64,000 bases of DNA from Squalus acanthias (Eukaryota), in NCBI GenBank assembly GCA_030390025.1, contig CM059433.1:11472001-11536000 (forward strand), read 5' to 3'. The notes below the pieces were generated by a model. It was not told where the DNA came from, ran no database searches, and worked only from the letters and a program-made list of their open reading frames with translations. Positions 50,534 to 62,316 of this stretch are shown in pieces (the first letter of the stretch is position 1; the number at the start of each line of letters is the position of its first letter). The position numbers and the translations under genes are program-made.

Positions 50534-51149
50534 GGCCTCAATATTAACCTTCCCATGACGGGCAGGAGAGGGTCGGGGGGGTGGGGGGGGGGACGTTAGA
50601 ATTTACTGTTGCCGCACGGGTTTACCAGGGATCGGGAAACTCAGCAGTTAGAGGGAGGTGGGAGCTGCCGGCTCCACAAGGTGAGTACCTTTTCCAGCAC
50701 ACCTTGTGGGCCAGGAAGAGCAGGAATGCCTCCCCCCGCCCCGACCCCCGGCCCCTCAAGGAGCCTTCCACCTCCCCCAGCCAATCGCGACCTCTCTCTC
50801 CCCCCGTGCTGCGTTTGCTGACCACCCTACCCCCCCAGCTCCAATTACCTCCCCAATCCCCCATCCCCTAGCCCCAATGACCACTCTCTCACCCCCCCAG
50901 CCCCAGTGGCCTCTCTTTCTCCATGCTGCGATGGCTCACCTTTACCCCCTCCAGATTGCCAGGGACCGTCCCCAAGCAGCCTCCTCCCGGCCGCCGGCCA
51001 GGCTGCCCATCTGGCTATCGGAACAGAAAAATGACAATGAGGTCCTGCCGTTAAGCTCGGCAAGACCTCCACGTCCCTGGCCTTGCCAGGTCCTTTGGCC
51101 GTTTTTGGCCTCCCCTGCACCCTCCCCGCCTCCCCATAAATATCGGGCC
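50534..51149. mobile_element. Harbinger-type MITE (616 bp)
   Basis: Imperfect TIR GGCCTCAATATTA / TAAATATCGGGCC; TSD ATT on both sides. Confidence 0.8.
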
Positions 51150-51775
51150 ATTCTTTCTCAGGAATCAAAACTGTGTAAATCCTTACTTCTGTCAGTTTTC
51201 CCTTCCTCTTACAGGGGTAGATCTTGCGATAGTGGAAAACGGGTGATAGCGAGTCAGCGGCCCATTTTATATCTCACAGTTTTTATTTCCATTGAAGTCA
51301 AACCGGGATTCTACCAGACTTCCGGTGAATTTATGGCGGTGAAGCGGGAGCAGCTCCAAGGAAATTCCATCGGGTGGTCTTGCATTATGGGCCTCGGTTC
51401 CTCACCTAGGTTTCGCAAAATTGTATTAATTAGTCGTTATTTTTTTGTGGCATTGAGCACAGGCAGAAGCACACGTTGCTCTCTGAATCATTATAGGGCC
51501 AACACCAGACATTTGCATGCGGGTACAGGATAATGCGAATTTCTGGAGAGTTCAGTACTGTCTGCAGTCTCAGGTTACTTGACATGTTCTATGGCGTTTG
51601 ATGTTTGATTCAGGGTTCGGCAGCAGAGTTAAGGTGCTATTCCTTCCCTTTTTGTTCTTTTTGGCATCTGAAAAAACAACTGACAATTGTTTTTAGTCAA
51701 TTATTTTTTTTAAAGAAATGAAAAATAACAGAGGGAAATGATCAGTGCTGTGGGCAGACCACTCCTCCCGGTGAT

Positions 51776-52282
51776 CAACAACAACTTGTATTTATATAGC
51801 ACCTTTAACGTAGTAAAACGTCCCAAGGCGCTGCACAGGAGTATTAAAAGACAAAAAATTTGACACCGAGCCACATAAGGAGAAATTAGGGCAGGTGACC
51901 AAACGCTTGGTCAAAGAGGTAGGTTTTCAGGAGTGTCTTAAAGGAGGAAAGAGAGGTAGCGAGGCGGAGAGGTTTAGGCAGGGAATTCAGAGCTTAGGGC
52001 CCAGGCAACAGAAGGCACGGCCGCCAAAGGTTGAGCGATTATAATCAGGGATGCTCAAGAGGGCAGAATTAGAGGAGCGCAGATATCTTGGGGGGGTTGT
52101 GGGGCTGAAGGAGATTACAGAGCTAGGGAGGGGCGAGGCCATGGAGGGATTTGAAAACAAGGATGAGAATTTTGAAATCGAGGCGCTGCTTAACCGGGAG
52201 CCAATGTAGGTCAGCGAGCACAGGGGAGATGGCGAGCGGGGCTTGGTGCGAGTTAGGACACGGGCAGCCGAGTTTTGGATCA
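51776..52282 (-). mobile_element. L2 3' fragment
   Basis: IQNSAARVLTRTK..GGRAFCCLGPKL; (CAA)n tail. Confidence 0.93.
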
Positions 52283-53214
52283 TACTAAAAATGTATACTG
52301 TGGCGCAGTAGAGTGGGGGCAGATGTATCACTGCCCATTTGCAAATTTAAATAGGTCTATCAACTGTTCGTCAGATAAAAATGAAGGAGGGTACCAGCCC
52401 ATGCGAAATAGAACCCAGTAAGCAGAAAACCTACCAAAAAATTAAATACTAGTGGGATTGGAGCTTCTTTTGAGAAGCCAGGGCATTGCTGGATTTTTGA
52501 GCTCCAGTGCTGGCCTTTCTCTGAACTGTGAGTCTCATTGCCTGCATTTCCTCTTCAAATCTCGTATGCATTATTGTTAAAATTGTTAAAATGCAATTCA
52601 GCTTCATTTTCAACCAATTATAGGAGACACTGATGACCCTGTCCTGTCATTAGCTTCTTTTATGCTGTACTAGCAACTCCTTATTCCCAATGGTAGGTTT
52701 AGAATATCAATGCAGTGTATATTGCTACAGCCACCTCAGAAAATAACTCTTTGCAAATTATTATACCTTTACTGTACGGTCACCGTTTTTTCCAGTCCTG
52801 GATGTTTGAACGATAATATTTGGATAATTCCATTGTAATACTCTACATTTGCCATTTTACTTTAAGTGTTCTTCAATTTGTTGTTTTTTCATCTTGTTTT
52901 TATGAAATATACTTTTAATTTATGTGAAGCTAAATCATTCAAAAAGAAATCGCAGGCATTTAATATAAGCACTTCATTAGGGATTATGGAAGTGCTGAAA
53001 TATTGTGCATTTTTCATGAACAGATCTGTGTCTCACTTTCATAACATTCTATTAGATGTAGTCAAATTACTATGAATTATTAAAATTTTATCTGTTCTGT
53101 GGGATACTGTAAAGTTGGCTTTGCTTTTGATAATGCAATCTGTTATGGTGCTCTGCAGTCTACTTTGCTCGCAATACTTCACAGTGCGCTTCAGCCTTAA
53201 GTTTAAAATGCTGT

Positions 53215-53382
53215 GGGGTAATCCTGACGTTGAGCGATAGATATCGGATCAGCCACCCGTTATATAACTCTCCTGATTTTCATTGTCTTCAATAGAAATG
53301 ACAATCGGGAGAGATGTATTACGGGTGGCTGATCGTATATCGCCCGTTTTGCACTATCGCTCAAAGTCAAAAATTGCCCCCC
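53215..53382. mobile_element. Short palindromic MITE, related to 40564-40746
   Basis: GATCAGCCACCCG / CGGGTGGCTGATC and TTGAGCGATAG / CTATCGCTCAA arms around CATTGTCTTCAATAG. Confidence 0.75.
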
Positions 53383-53802
53383 ATGTGCCTTTTTTAACTC
53401 ATGGTCAATGGATGCAGTGACTTATCTGAACTTGCTGAAATATTGCAACGGTCAAGCCTTTCAAAGTCAGGTCACAAATGTAGCAACAACCAGGGCAAAC
53501 TATAACCAGTACAACGAATGGTTACTTGTATGGCCTGCTGTGTAGATATTTAATAATTAACATTAATTATCCTTCGGTAATTGAAGACAATATCATGACT
53601 ACAGTTAAAAGAAGGTACAGAGCTTCACATTTTAACAATAAAAAACAATACAATGAAGGCCCATTAATATCTCATGCTTTTTTTTAGTTATTGTTGACAG
53701 GGAAAATGGGTTACCCTGGAAAGCCTCGACTTGGGGCTGTGGTGGAGAAGAATAAATATTAATAGTCTGACAGGGATAGCAAAACCCATGTTGATTGGCC
53801 AC

Positions 53803-54039
53803 GTTCCCCTCCAGTCACACACCATCCTGACTTGGAAGTATATCGGCCGCTCCTTCATCGTCGCTGGGTCAAAATCCTGGAACTCCCTCCCTAACAGCAC
53901 TGTGGGAGCACCTTCACCACACGGACTGCAGCGGTTCAAGAAGGCGGCTCACCACCACCTTCTCAAGGGCGATTAGGGATGGGCAATAAATGCTGGCCTT
54001 GCCAGCGACGCCCAGATCCCGTAAACGAATAAAAAAAAA
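53803..54039 (+). mobile_element. Family B LINE 3' tip
   Basis: RSFIVAGSKSWNSLP..HHHLLKG; poly(A). Confidence 0.92.
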
Positions 54040-54169
54040 CAACCAATGGCCAAGGTGAGCAGCATCACTGCTTAGATCCGCAACAAGTTGCTACTGGTGC
54101 TTTAGATTGAATTACAGTTTTGGCAACAGAGCATTAAAGGGACACTCACATGTTCTCCAGCCACTTACA

Positions 54170-54453
54170 GGAAATCCAGCTTGTGCTGGCTCTTTGAAGA
54201 GTTATCCAATTAGTCCCATTCCCCCTGCTCTTTCCCCACAGCCCTGCAATTATTTTTTTTCCTTTTCAAGTAAATATCCAATTCCCTTTTGAAAGTCACT
54301 ACTGAATCTGCTTCCTCCACCCTTTCAGGCAGCGCATTCCAGATCACAACAACTCGCCGAGTAAAAAAAAGTCTCCTCCTCTCCCCTCTGGTTCTTTTGC
54401 CAATTATCTTAAATCTGTGCCCTCTGGTTCCCGACCCTCCTGCCAGTGGAAAC
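54170..54453 (-). mobile_element. CR1 3' fragment
   Basis: TRGHRFK..FFTRRVVVIWNALPE. Confidence 0.85.
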
Positions 54454-55129
54454 AGTGAAATGGCAAGATTATAATGTAAAGCAAACCTGCTGCACACGCC
54501 TTAATATTGCCCCATACATTCATTGTTCAAAAGGCTTGTCATCAATCATTTTTTTTTGATATGTGAATCAAAAACTCCAGTTGACAAATTTCAGATCTCA
54601 TGTCACTGCCTGTCACTGAGTGCTGCTGGCAAGCTTTTGCAAATGTTCTTCAAACCATGATGTGGAGCATCAACAAAGTAGACTACCGGTATCTAATGAT
54701 GGTAAAGGGGAGTGCACATCTGAAACTCCACACATGAGTTAGTGACTTGAACACTTGAATCTTCAGATGAATCGCCTCCTTTAAATAGACAGAACCAAGC
54801 GTAAAATCTTAGCTGAGCCTAACAAGAAGTGAATTATTTTTCTAACAGTCCACTTTCAGAAGGTAGTGAAAAACAGGGACTAAAAATAACCCTGGGATAA
54901 AATAGAACAATATAGCATTGAATGGTAAATTATTGACATTCTTTCAGTTGTGCGAGGACATATAATAACTCAAACTTATCTATGTCCCTCATGTGTTATG
55001 GATCTTTGCCACTCATGAAATTATTTTTACAATACACCAGCACTGATGCAGTGTCCTATATTTATTAAGCGCGGGCAGGAGTTTAGCATTTCACAGCCCT
55101 GGAAAATAATAACTACCGTACAACATAAA

Positions 55130-55681
55130 GGGGGAAAAATTGGGTCGCGCCACGCGTGTCGGCACGTAGCGCCGCGGTACTGCAGGCCTCCCTCCCCTGA
55201 GGGGAGGGGCCTAGCGCAGCGCGCACCAGGGTCCTACTGGACCACCAGGGAGCGGGGTGCCAGCAAAAGAGCCCGGCACTCAAGAGGAGCGCTGTGCTGA
55301 TCGATCGCAGGCCGGCACCCCGCAGGAGGAGGCGAGATGGGGCAGGTGCTGGCAGGCGGCCCCCAAAAAAAAGGCCGCCCGGCACCTGCCCTTTAATTAT
55401 CGTCGCCCTGGCCGCAAACACGGCACCCTGACCCTGTCGGACACAGCGTCTGGCGGTAGGTCAGGAGGGCGCAAGCCAAGTTTGAGGCCGGGGCGTGGGC
55501 GGAGCGCTGCGCACGGTGATGACGTCATCGCCAGAGGCACAGCGCCGCAGGGCACTACTGGCTACCGCCACCGCTAACCTCCCACTGAATTTCGCGGGAG
55601 GAGTTAGCGGCGCCGCGCCCAGGCGCTAGGTGCCTTGCGCCCCGTTCAACAGGAGGTACAAAGCAACCCAATTTTTCCCCC
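55130..55681. mobile_element. Family M2 MITE, opposite orientation to 30404, internally deleted
   Basis: Same 16-bp TIR; reverse-colinear with 30404-31108. Confidence 0.92.
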
Positions 55682-55744
55682 CAGAGACATTAATTAACTG
55701 CAGTTATTTCTTACTTATCCATCCGCATCATAGCACTATATCAT

Positions 55745-57260
55745 CATAGAATCAAAGAATGATACAGCACAGAAGGAGGCCATTCGGTCATCGTGCCTGT
55801 GCCAGCTCTTTTTTACTTTTCAAGTATTTATCCAATTCCCTTTTGAAAGTTACTATTGAACCTGCTTCCACCGCCCTTTCAGGCAGCGCGTTCCAGATCA
55901 TAACTCGCTGCGTAAATAAAATCCTCCTCCTCTCACCTCTGGTTCTTTTGCCAATTACCTTAAATCCTCTGGTTACCGACCCTCTTGCCAATGAAAACAG
56001 TTTCTTCTTATTTACTCTATCAAAACCCTGCATGACTTTGAACACCTCTATCAAATCTCCCCTTATCCTTCTCTGCTCTAAGGAGAACAATCCCAGCTTC
56101 TCTTGTCTCTCCACATAACTGAAGTCCCGCATCACTGGCACCATTCTGGTAAATCTCCCCTGCATCCTCTCTAAGGCCTTGACATCCTTCCTAAAGTACG
56201 GTGCCCAGAATTGGACACAATACTCCAGCTGGGGCCTAACCAGTGATTTATAAAGATTTAACATAACTTCCTTGCTTCTGTACTCTATGGGCTGGATTTT
56301 GTCAATGGGAAGCTTTTGGAGGCAGATCTGCTGCTTGCCGGCTTTCAATCCTGCCTCCATCAGCTTCTGGCCAACCAGTAGGATTTTCCCTTGATTGAAC
56401 TTGTTAAGCCCGCCCAGCAGGCTCAGCAGGCCAATTAGGGGGAAGTCAGTGACAGAGCAACGTCTGACGTGCCATCTGTCAAGATTTCTTGAAAGAAGGA
56501 ATGTCAGCATTTGACAGCTCTGTGAAGCTGTCAAACACTGACATTCTGTGTAGTTTGATGAGACTTTGTGTTCAGGACTCATCAAACCTTTCAACTTTGC
56601 AGAAACCACCTGGCTGTTGGTTCGGAGGATCCAACAGCCAGTCTGTGAAATCTACAATGAAGATGTCGGGACTCCGGATCCACAGCGGCTGAAGGCTGCA
56701 GGCAGAAACAAAGGTAAGTGAACATTTTATAACACTTAACACTCACCTTACATACTTACCACTCCACACTTGCACCCATCACTCACCCCTACATCTCACT
56801 TTCAGGCCCCTCCGACCCCCTCCGACCTCCTTCTCGTGTCCTACACCCTGGCGGGGTTCTCCGAGGTTGGGAAGCCTGCACTTCGGAGCTAAAAATAGGG
56901 ATAATCCTATTTTCTGCCTGTTATAACTACCTGTTAACAGGCAGTTAATAGGATTTAATCCCTTTCCCGCCTCGAGGAGACGGGACCCGGGGCAGGACGG
57001 CTTCCTGCCTCCTGGCAAAAGGGAACGGAGGCGGGATGGGGGCGGGTTTGCCAGCCGCCCCCCAAATCCTGCAACTTTACTGACAGTCCCGCCTCCATAC
57101 CCGCCTCCTCGGGGCTGACAAAATCCAGCCCACTGCCTCTGTTTATAAAGCTAAGGATCCAGTATGCTTTTTTAACAGCCTTCTCAATTTATCCTGCCAC
57201 CTTCAATGAGTTGTGTACGTACACGCCCAGGTTTCTCTGTTCCTGCACCCCCTTTAAAAT
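55745..57260 (-). mobile_element. CR1 3' portion split by an M1 MITE
   Basis: LYKSLVRPQLEYCVQFWAP (to 56288) resumes at ~57135. Confidence 0.92.
56289..57131. mobile_element. Harbinger-type MITE, family M1
   Basis: Perfect 16-bp TIR GGGCTGGATTTTGTCA / TGACAAAATCCAGCCC. Confidence 0.93.
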
Positions 57261-57334
57261 CTCATGATTTACGGCCTGCCGATAATCATGACGTAATTTT
57301 CCAATATGAATTTTGATATTTGGGGGCAGCTCAA

Positions 57335-57735
57335 GAAAGAGCTTGCATTTGCATAGTGCCTTGGGACATCCCAGAGCGCTTGGCAGTCAAGCAATTTGCT
57401 TTTGAAGTGTGGTCACTGTTGTTACATGGATGAACAGCGATGAGATAACTCACCAGATAATCTGCTCCGGTGATGCTATTGGAAGGATAACTGCTGGCAA
57501 GAACACCAGGCGCACTCAACTGGACAGTGCCGTAGAATCCTTTACGTTCTCCCGACTAGGCAGATGAAGCCTCGGTTTTAATGTCTGGTCCAAGAGGCAA
57601 CACTTGTGGCAATGCGGTGCCCTCTCCGTGCTGCACTGAAGTGTCAGCCTAGCTTATGTGCTCATGTCCTGGAGTGTCAGTCTGAATGCACCACCTTTAC
57701 CTTTGAGGCAACAGTGCTTCGACTGAGCCAAACTG
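57335..57735 (-). mobile_element. Deu-domain SINE, diverged
   Basis: Reverse-complement similarity to 13983-14419. Confidence 0.75.
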
Positions 57736-57844
57736 ATAGCAAATATGCCCCAAGACAAACATTGCTTACTGGCGCAACTGTACATATACAGGACAATTTA
57801 TTTTTCTCTGAATCCTTTTCTGTTTCTTTTTATTTATGTTATAG

Positions 57845-57928
57845 ATCATTACTGTCATTAGCTCAGTGTGAAAACTCTCTATTGGATCTTTTTATTCAGA
57901 ACAACTTCCTGCACATAGCTTCCAACTC
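57845..57928 (+). CDS. Candidate 84-bp exon (SLLSLAQCENSLLDLFIQNNFLHIASN)
   Basis: Long T-rich tract plus TAG acceptor, GTAAAT donor, single open phase 2-2 frame; LxxLxIxxNxL pattern. Confidence 0.25.
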
Positions 57929-59058
57929 GTAAATAAACATTTACAACTGAGAATGTGAAGTTACAAGAACTATTAGTTGGTTGAAGTGCACACTGAACGC
58001 TGCTTTTGATACATTCAGTGTCACATACATTAGGGGGCTGAAAATGCGTGGGACGTGCTCCCAGGAGTTACACCGGGGTTGTGCCTGCAGGCATCCTCCA
58101 GCACTGACCCCACTGGAGTATATAGGGTCAGTGGGAGGGCTAGTAGGCACCAATGCCACTATGGGTGTATCTTTGTGCCCAGCTCCACACTACCAGAAAC
58201 TCCAGCTCCCACCAGCTACTGAGGGAGTGCCTGGGACACCCACTGGAAACTCCTTTCTCTGTCTTCTGTGTAAAGGGTCCGATGTTAGATTTTTTTTTTA
58301 AATTAGCCACCTTCGGAGGTCCAGGCTATCTCCCTGGCCTGACCACCCTCCGCTGATGCCTGTTTGTGCCCTTCTGGAAGCCGGTACACCTCAGTTCACG
58401 GGGCATGCTGGCCCCCAGAGTGACGGCAAATCTCACACGGTCCTGTGAGCTGAGAACTTCCAGCCAAGGGAGGTCCCACCCCCTTCGCATCCGTGGCCTT
58501 GTCCAGGCTAAGCAGATGTTCCGCCCATACAAGGCCGAGCAAGAATTCCCAAATCAGGTCGGGGACCTGGTGCATCCAGGTATTGGCCATTTGCCAAACG
58601 GTTCCACAGGAGTTCCAGCAGAATGCTTGACAACATTTGGCCTCCAGCTTCCCAAACTGTTTCCAATAACGGAAGTGCATTGTGCATTATGAAACAGCGA
58701 TTTACTTGTACTTCTTGCAATTTAGTTTACTGTATTCGCTGCTAACGATGTGGACTCCTCTACATTGGAGAGACCAAACGCAGATTGGGTGACCGCTTTG
58801 CGGAACACCTCCATTCAGTCCGTAAGGGTGACCCCGAGCTTCCGGTCACCTGTCACTTTAATTCTCCGCTCCACTCCCGCTCTGACCTGTCTGTCCTCGG
58901 CCTCTTACACTGTTCCAGTGAAGCTCAACATAAGCTCGAGGAACAGCACCTCATCTTTCGATTAGGCACTTTACAACCTTCTGGACTCAACATCAAGTTC
59001 AACAATTTCAGACCATAACCTCTGCCCCTATCTTTTTTCTTCTCTCTTTCTCACATGG

Positions 59059-61220
59059 CATAAGAACATAAGAACATAAGAACATAAGAAATAGGAGCAG
59101 GAGTAGGCCAATCGGCCCCTCGAGCCTGCTCCGCCATTCAATAAGATCATGGCTGATCTGATCCTAACCGCCAATCTACTATCTATCACAGAACCATCTC
59201 CTGCATCTAACAGAATTGCACACACGAAATAGGAGCAGAATCCGGCTACACGGTCCCTGGGCCCGCTCCACTACCCACAGGGCCATGACCGATCTGAACC
59301 TAGACTCATGTCCAAATTCCTGCCCGCTCCCCGTAACCCTTAATGCCCTTTACTTCTAGGAAACTGTCTATTTCTGTTTTAAATTTATTTAATGATGTAG
59401 CTTCTACAGCTTTTTGTGGCAGCATATTCCATGGACCTATCACCCTCTGAGTGAAGTAGTTCCTCCTCATCTCAGTTTTGAAAGAGCAGCCCCTTATTCT
59501 AAGACTATGTCCCCTAGTTCTAGTCTCACCCGTCATCGGGAACATCCTCCCCGCATCCACCCGATCCAACCCCTTCACAATCTTATATGTTTCAATAAGA
59601 TTGCCTCTCATTCTTCTGAACTCCAATGAGTAGAGTCCCAATCTACCCAACCTCTCCTCATATGACCACCCCCTCATCCCCGGGATTAACCGAGTGAACC
59701 TTTTTTGCACTGCCTCGAGAGCAAGGATATCTTTCCTTAAGTAAGGACACCAAAACTGTATGCAGTATTCCAGGTGTGGTCTCACCAATACCTTGTACAA
59801 CTGAAGCAATACCTCCCTATTTTTATATTCTATCCCCCTAGCAATGAAAGCCAACATTCCATTTGCCTTCTTAATCACTTGCTGCACCTGCATACTAACC
59901 TTTTGAGTTTCGTGCACCAGGACCCCCAGATCCCTTTGCACTTCAGTACTCTCCAGTTTCTTGCCATTAAGATAATAAATTGCTCTAGGATTTTTCCTGC
60001 CAAAGTGCATCACCTCACACTTTCCAGTGTTGTATTCCATCTGCCAAATCTCTGCCCACTTACTTAGCCTGTCGATGTCCCCTTGCAGGTTTTTTATGTC
60101 CTCCTCACTCACTACTTTCCCTCCCATCTTTGTATCATCTGCAAATTTTGATATGTTACACTTGGTCCCTTCCTCCAAATCGTTAATATAGATTGTAAAG
60201 AGTTGGGGACCCAGCACTGACCCCTGTGGAACACCACTAGTTACTGATTGCCAGTCTGAGAATGAACCATTTATCCCAACTCTTTGCTTTCTGTTAGATA
60301 GCCAATCCTCTATCCATGCCAGAATATTACCCCCAATCCCGTGATTTTTTACCTTAAGCAATAATCTTTTGTGTGGCACCTTGTCAAATGCCTTTTGGAA
60401 GTCTAAATACACTACGTCCACTGGTTCCCCTTTATCCACTCTATATGTTACTTCCTCAAAGAACTCCAGCAAATTTGTCAAACATGACTTCCCCTTCGTA
60501 AAACCATGCTGACTTTGTCCTATTAAATTATGATTATCCAAATGTCCTGTTACTGTTTCCTTAATAATGGACTCCAAAATTTTACCTACCACAGATGTTA
60601 GGCTAACCGGTCTATAGTTACCAGCCTTCTGTCTACTGCCCTTTTTAAATAAGGGTGTTAAATTAGCAGTTTTCCAGTCTGCCGGGACCTTAGCGGAATC
60701 CAGGGAGTTTTGAAAAATTATTACCAATGCATCTACAATCCCTACCGCCACTTCCTTCAAGACTCTAGGATGTAAGCCATCAGGTCCAGGTGATTTATCC
60801 GCCTTGAGTCCCATTATTTTACCGAGTACCACTTCCTTAGTGATTTTGATCGTGTTTAGCTCCTCTCCCCCTATAGCCCCCTGTTTGTCCAGTGTTGGGA
60901 TATTCTTCGTGTCCTCTACTGTAAAGACTGATACAAAATATTCATTCAGTGTTTTTGCCATCTCCATATTTCCCACCATTAATTTCCCAGTCTCATCCTC
61001 TAAGGGACCAACATTTACTTTAGCCACCCTTTTTCTTTTTATATAACTATAAAAACTCTTACTATCTGTTTTTATATTTTTTGCTAATTTACTTTCATAA
61101 TCTATCTTCCCTTTCTTAATCAATCTTTTTGTTATTTTTTGCTGCCTTTTAAAGTTTTCCCAATCCTCTGTCCTCCCACTAGATTTCGCTACCTTATATG
61201 CCCTTGTTTTTAGTCTTTCA
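59059..61220 (-). mobile_element. CR1 LINE, 2.2 kb, 5'-truncated, double-3'UTR family
   Basis: (CATAAGAA)n tail at 59059-59090 and an RT ORF. Confidence 0.98.
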
Positions 61221-61246
61221 TTCTGCCATTGCCATTTACACTTCAT
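59306..61246 (-). CDS. CR1 ORF2 reverse transcriptase portion (646-aa open frame; the first ~10 residues come from the flank; no EN domain)
   Basis: KSPGPDG, NYRPVSLTS, QHGF, YLDFQKAFDKV, GVPQGSVLGP, FADD; no stops. Confidence 0.9.
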   Translation of the reverse strand: MKCKWQWQNERLKTRAYKVAKSSGRTEDWENFKRQQKITKRLIKKGKIDYESKLAKNIKTDSKSFYSYIKRKRVAKVNVGPLEDETGKLMVGNMEMAKTLNEYFVSVFTVEDTKNIPTLDKQGAIGGEELNTIKITKEVVLGKIMGLKADKSPGPDGLHPRVLKEVAVGIVDALVIIFQNSLDSAKVPADWKTANLTPLFKKGSRQKAGNYRPVSLTSVVGKILESIIKETVTGHLDNHNLIGQSQHGFTKGKSCLTNLLEFFEEVTYRVDKGEPVDVVYLDFQKAFDKVPHKRLLLKVKNHGIGGNILAWIEDWLSNRKQRVGINGSFSDWQSVTSGVPQGSVLGPQLFTIYINDLEEGTKCNISKFADDTKMGGKVVSEEDIKNLQGDIDRLSKWAEIWQMEYNTGKCEVMHFGRKNPRAIYYLNGKKLESTEVQRDLGVLVHETQKVSMQVQQVIKKANGMLAFIARGIEYKNREVLLQLYKVLVRPHLEYCIQFWCPYLRKDILALEAVQKRFTRLIPGMRGWSYEERLGRLGLYSLEFRRMRGNLIETYKIVKGLDRVDAGRMFPMTGETRTRGHSLRIRGCSFKTEMRRNYFTQRVIGPWNMLPQKAVEATSLNKFKTEIDSFLEVKGIKGYGERAGIWT

Positions 61247-61470
61247 CCAGAGTCATCTTTTGTTTCTGAACTTGTCCCATTACCATCTCCTTTTGCCTTG
61301 CACCATCATCCCTTTTGTCTCTTAATCTCTCCTGCCTTCCAGCCTATCACAGACCTTCCCTTTTGTTCTTTCCTCCCCTCCCCCCTTTCCCTGCCCCTAC
61401 ACTTGCTTAAAAACCTGTTCCATCTCCAACTTTTTCCAGTTCTGACGAAGGGTCATCGACCTGAAACATT

Positions 61471-62316
61471 GGGCTGGATTTTCAATGACCCATGGAGTCG
61501 GGTTTGGAGGCGGTGGGGGGGGGTTAAAGTTGCAGATTTGGGGGTCCCGACCCCATCCCGACTCCAACCCGCCTCCATGCCAGTTTCTCTGGCGGCGGGT
61601 ACACGACCTGGTCTGAGGCCCGACTCCCCGAGGCGGGAAGGGATTAGTGAGAATTAACTGCCTGTTAACAGGTAGTTAACAGGCAGTTTTTTGCATAATC
61701 CCTATTTTCAAAAGAAAAGTGTGGGCTTCCCGACAGGTGGCAACCACGCCAAGTTATCGGGGCGGGCCGTGGGTCTGCAGGGGCTGGAGGGGTCGATATG
61801 TCCGGTGGGCAGGTGAGTGATGGGTGCATGTGTGCAAAGGTAAGTGTGTAAGGTAAGTGCTAAGTGTTGAAAAAAGTTTTACTTACCTTAACATCCTCCT
61901 GCAGGTGTCAGCCCTTCAGTTCTCGGGAGTTAGAAATCTCACTGGCACAGAAAGCAGGAAAGCCGTGGTTCTGTCAAAACCTGCAGCCTTCTGTTTTCTG
62001 TGCTGGAATGATTTCTAACTCAGCCTGAAAGGAAGGACTGAAGTTAGAAATCATATTGTGAGTGTTTGACAGCTTCACAGAGCTGTCAAACGCTGATATT
62101 TCATCTGTCAAAATCTCTTGACAGATGAAATGTCAGTCTGTGACGTCACCTGTTGCCGGGTGGCCCTTAATTGGCCTACTGAGCCCACTGGGCGGGCTCA
62201 ACAAGGTCAATCAAGGGAAAATACAGTGGGTTGGCCACATCTCGATGGAGGCGGGTTCACAAGCCAGAATGTGGGATTCCCGACCCCAACCCGATTCCAA
62301 CTTCAAAATCCAGCCC
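61471..62316. mobile_element. Harbinger-type MITE, family M1 (inverse orientation)
   Basis: TIR GGGCTGGATTTT / AAAATCCAGCCC; TSD ATT (61468-70 and 62317-19). Confidence 0.94.

Noticed and set aside
53688..53762. Collagen-like GKMGYPGKP exon
   Set aside because: Only three Gly-X-Y triplets, then the pattern breaks and a stop follows, with no convincing donor.
55788..56609. 273-aa ORF as a novel fusion protein
   Set aside because: Chance read-through from the M1 MITE into the CR1 RT frame.
58033..58690. Further Harbinger-like GC-richer segments (also ~49690-50210 and ~12195-12640)
   Set aside because: I could not establish paired TIRs, TSDs or a second copy in the window.
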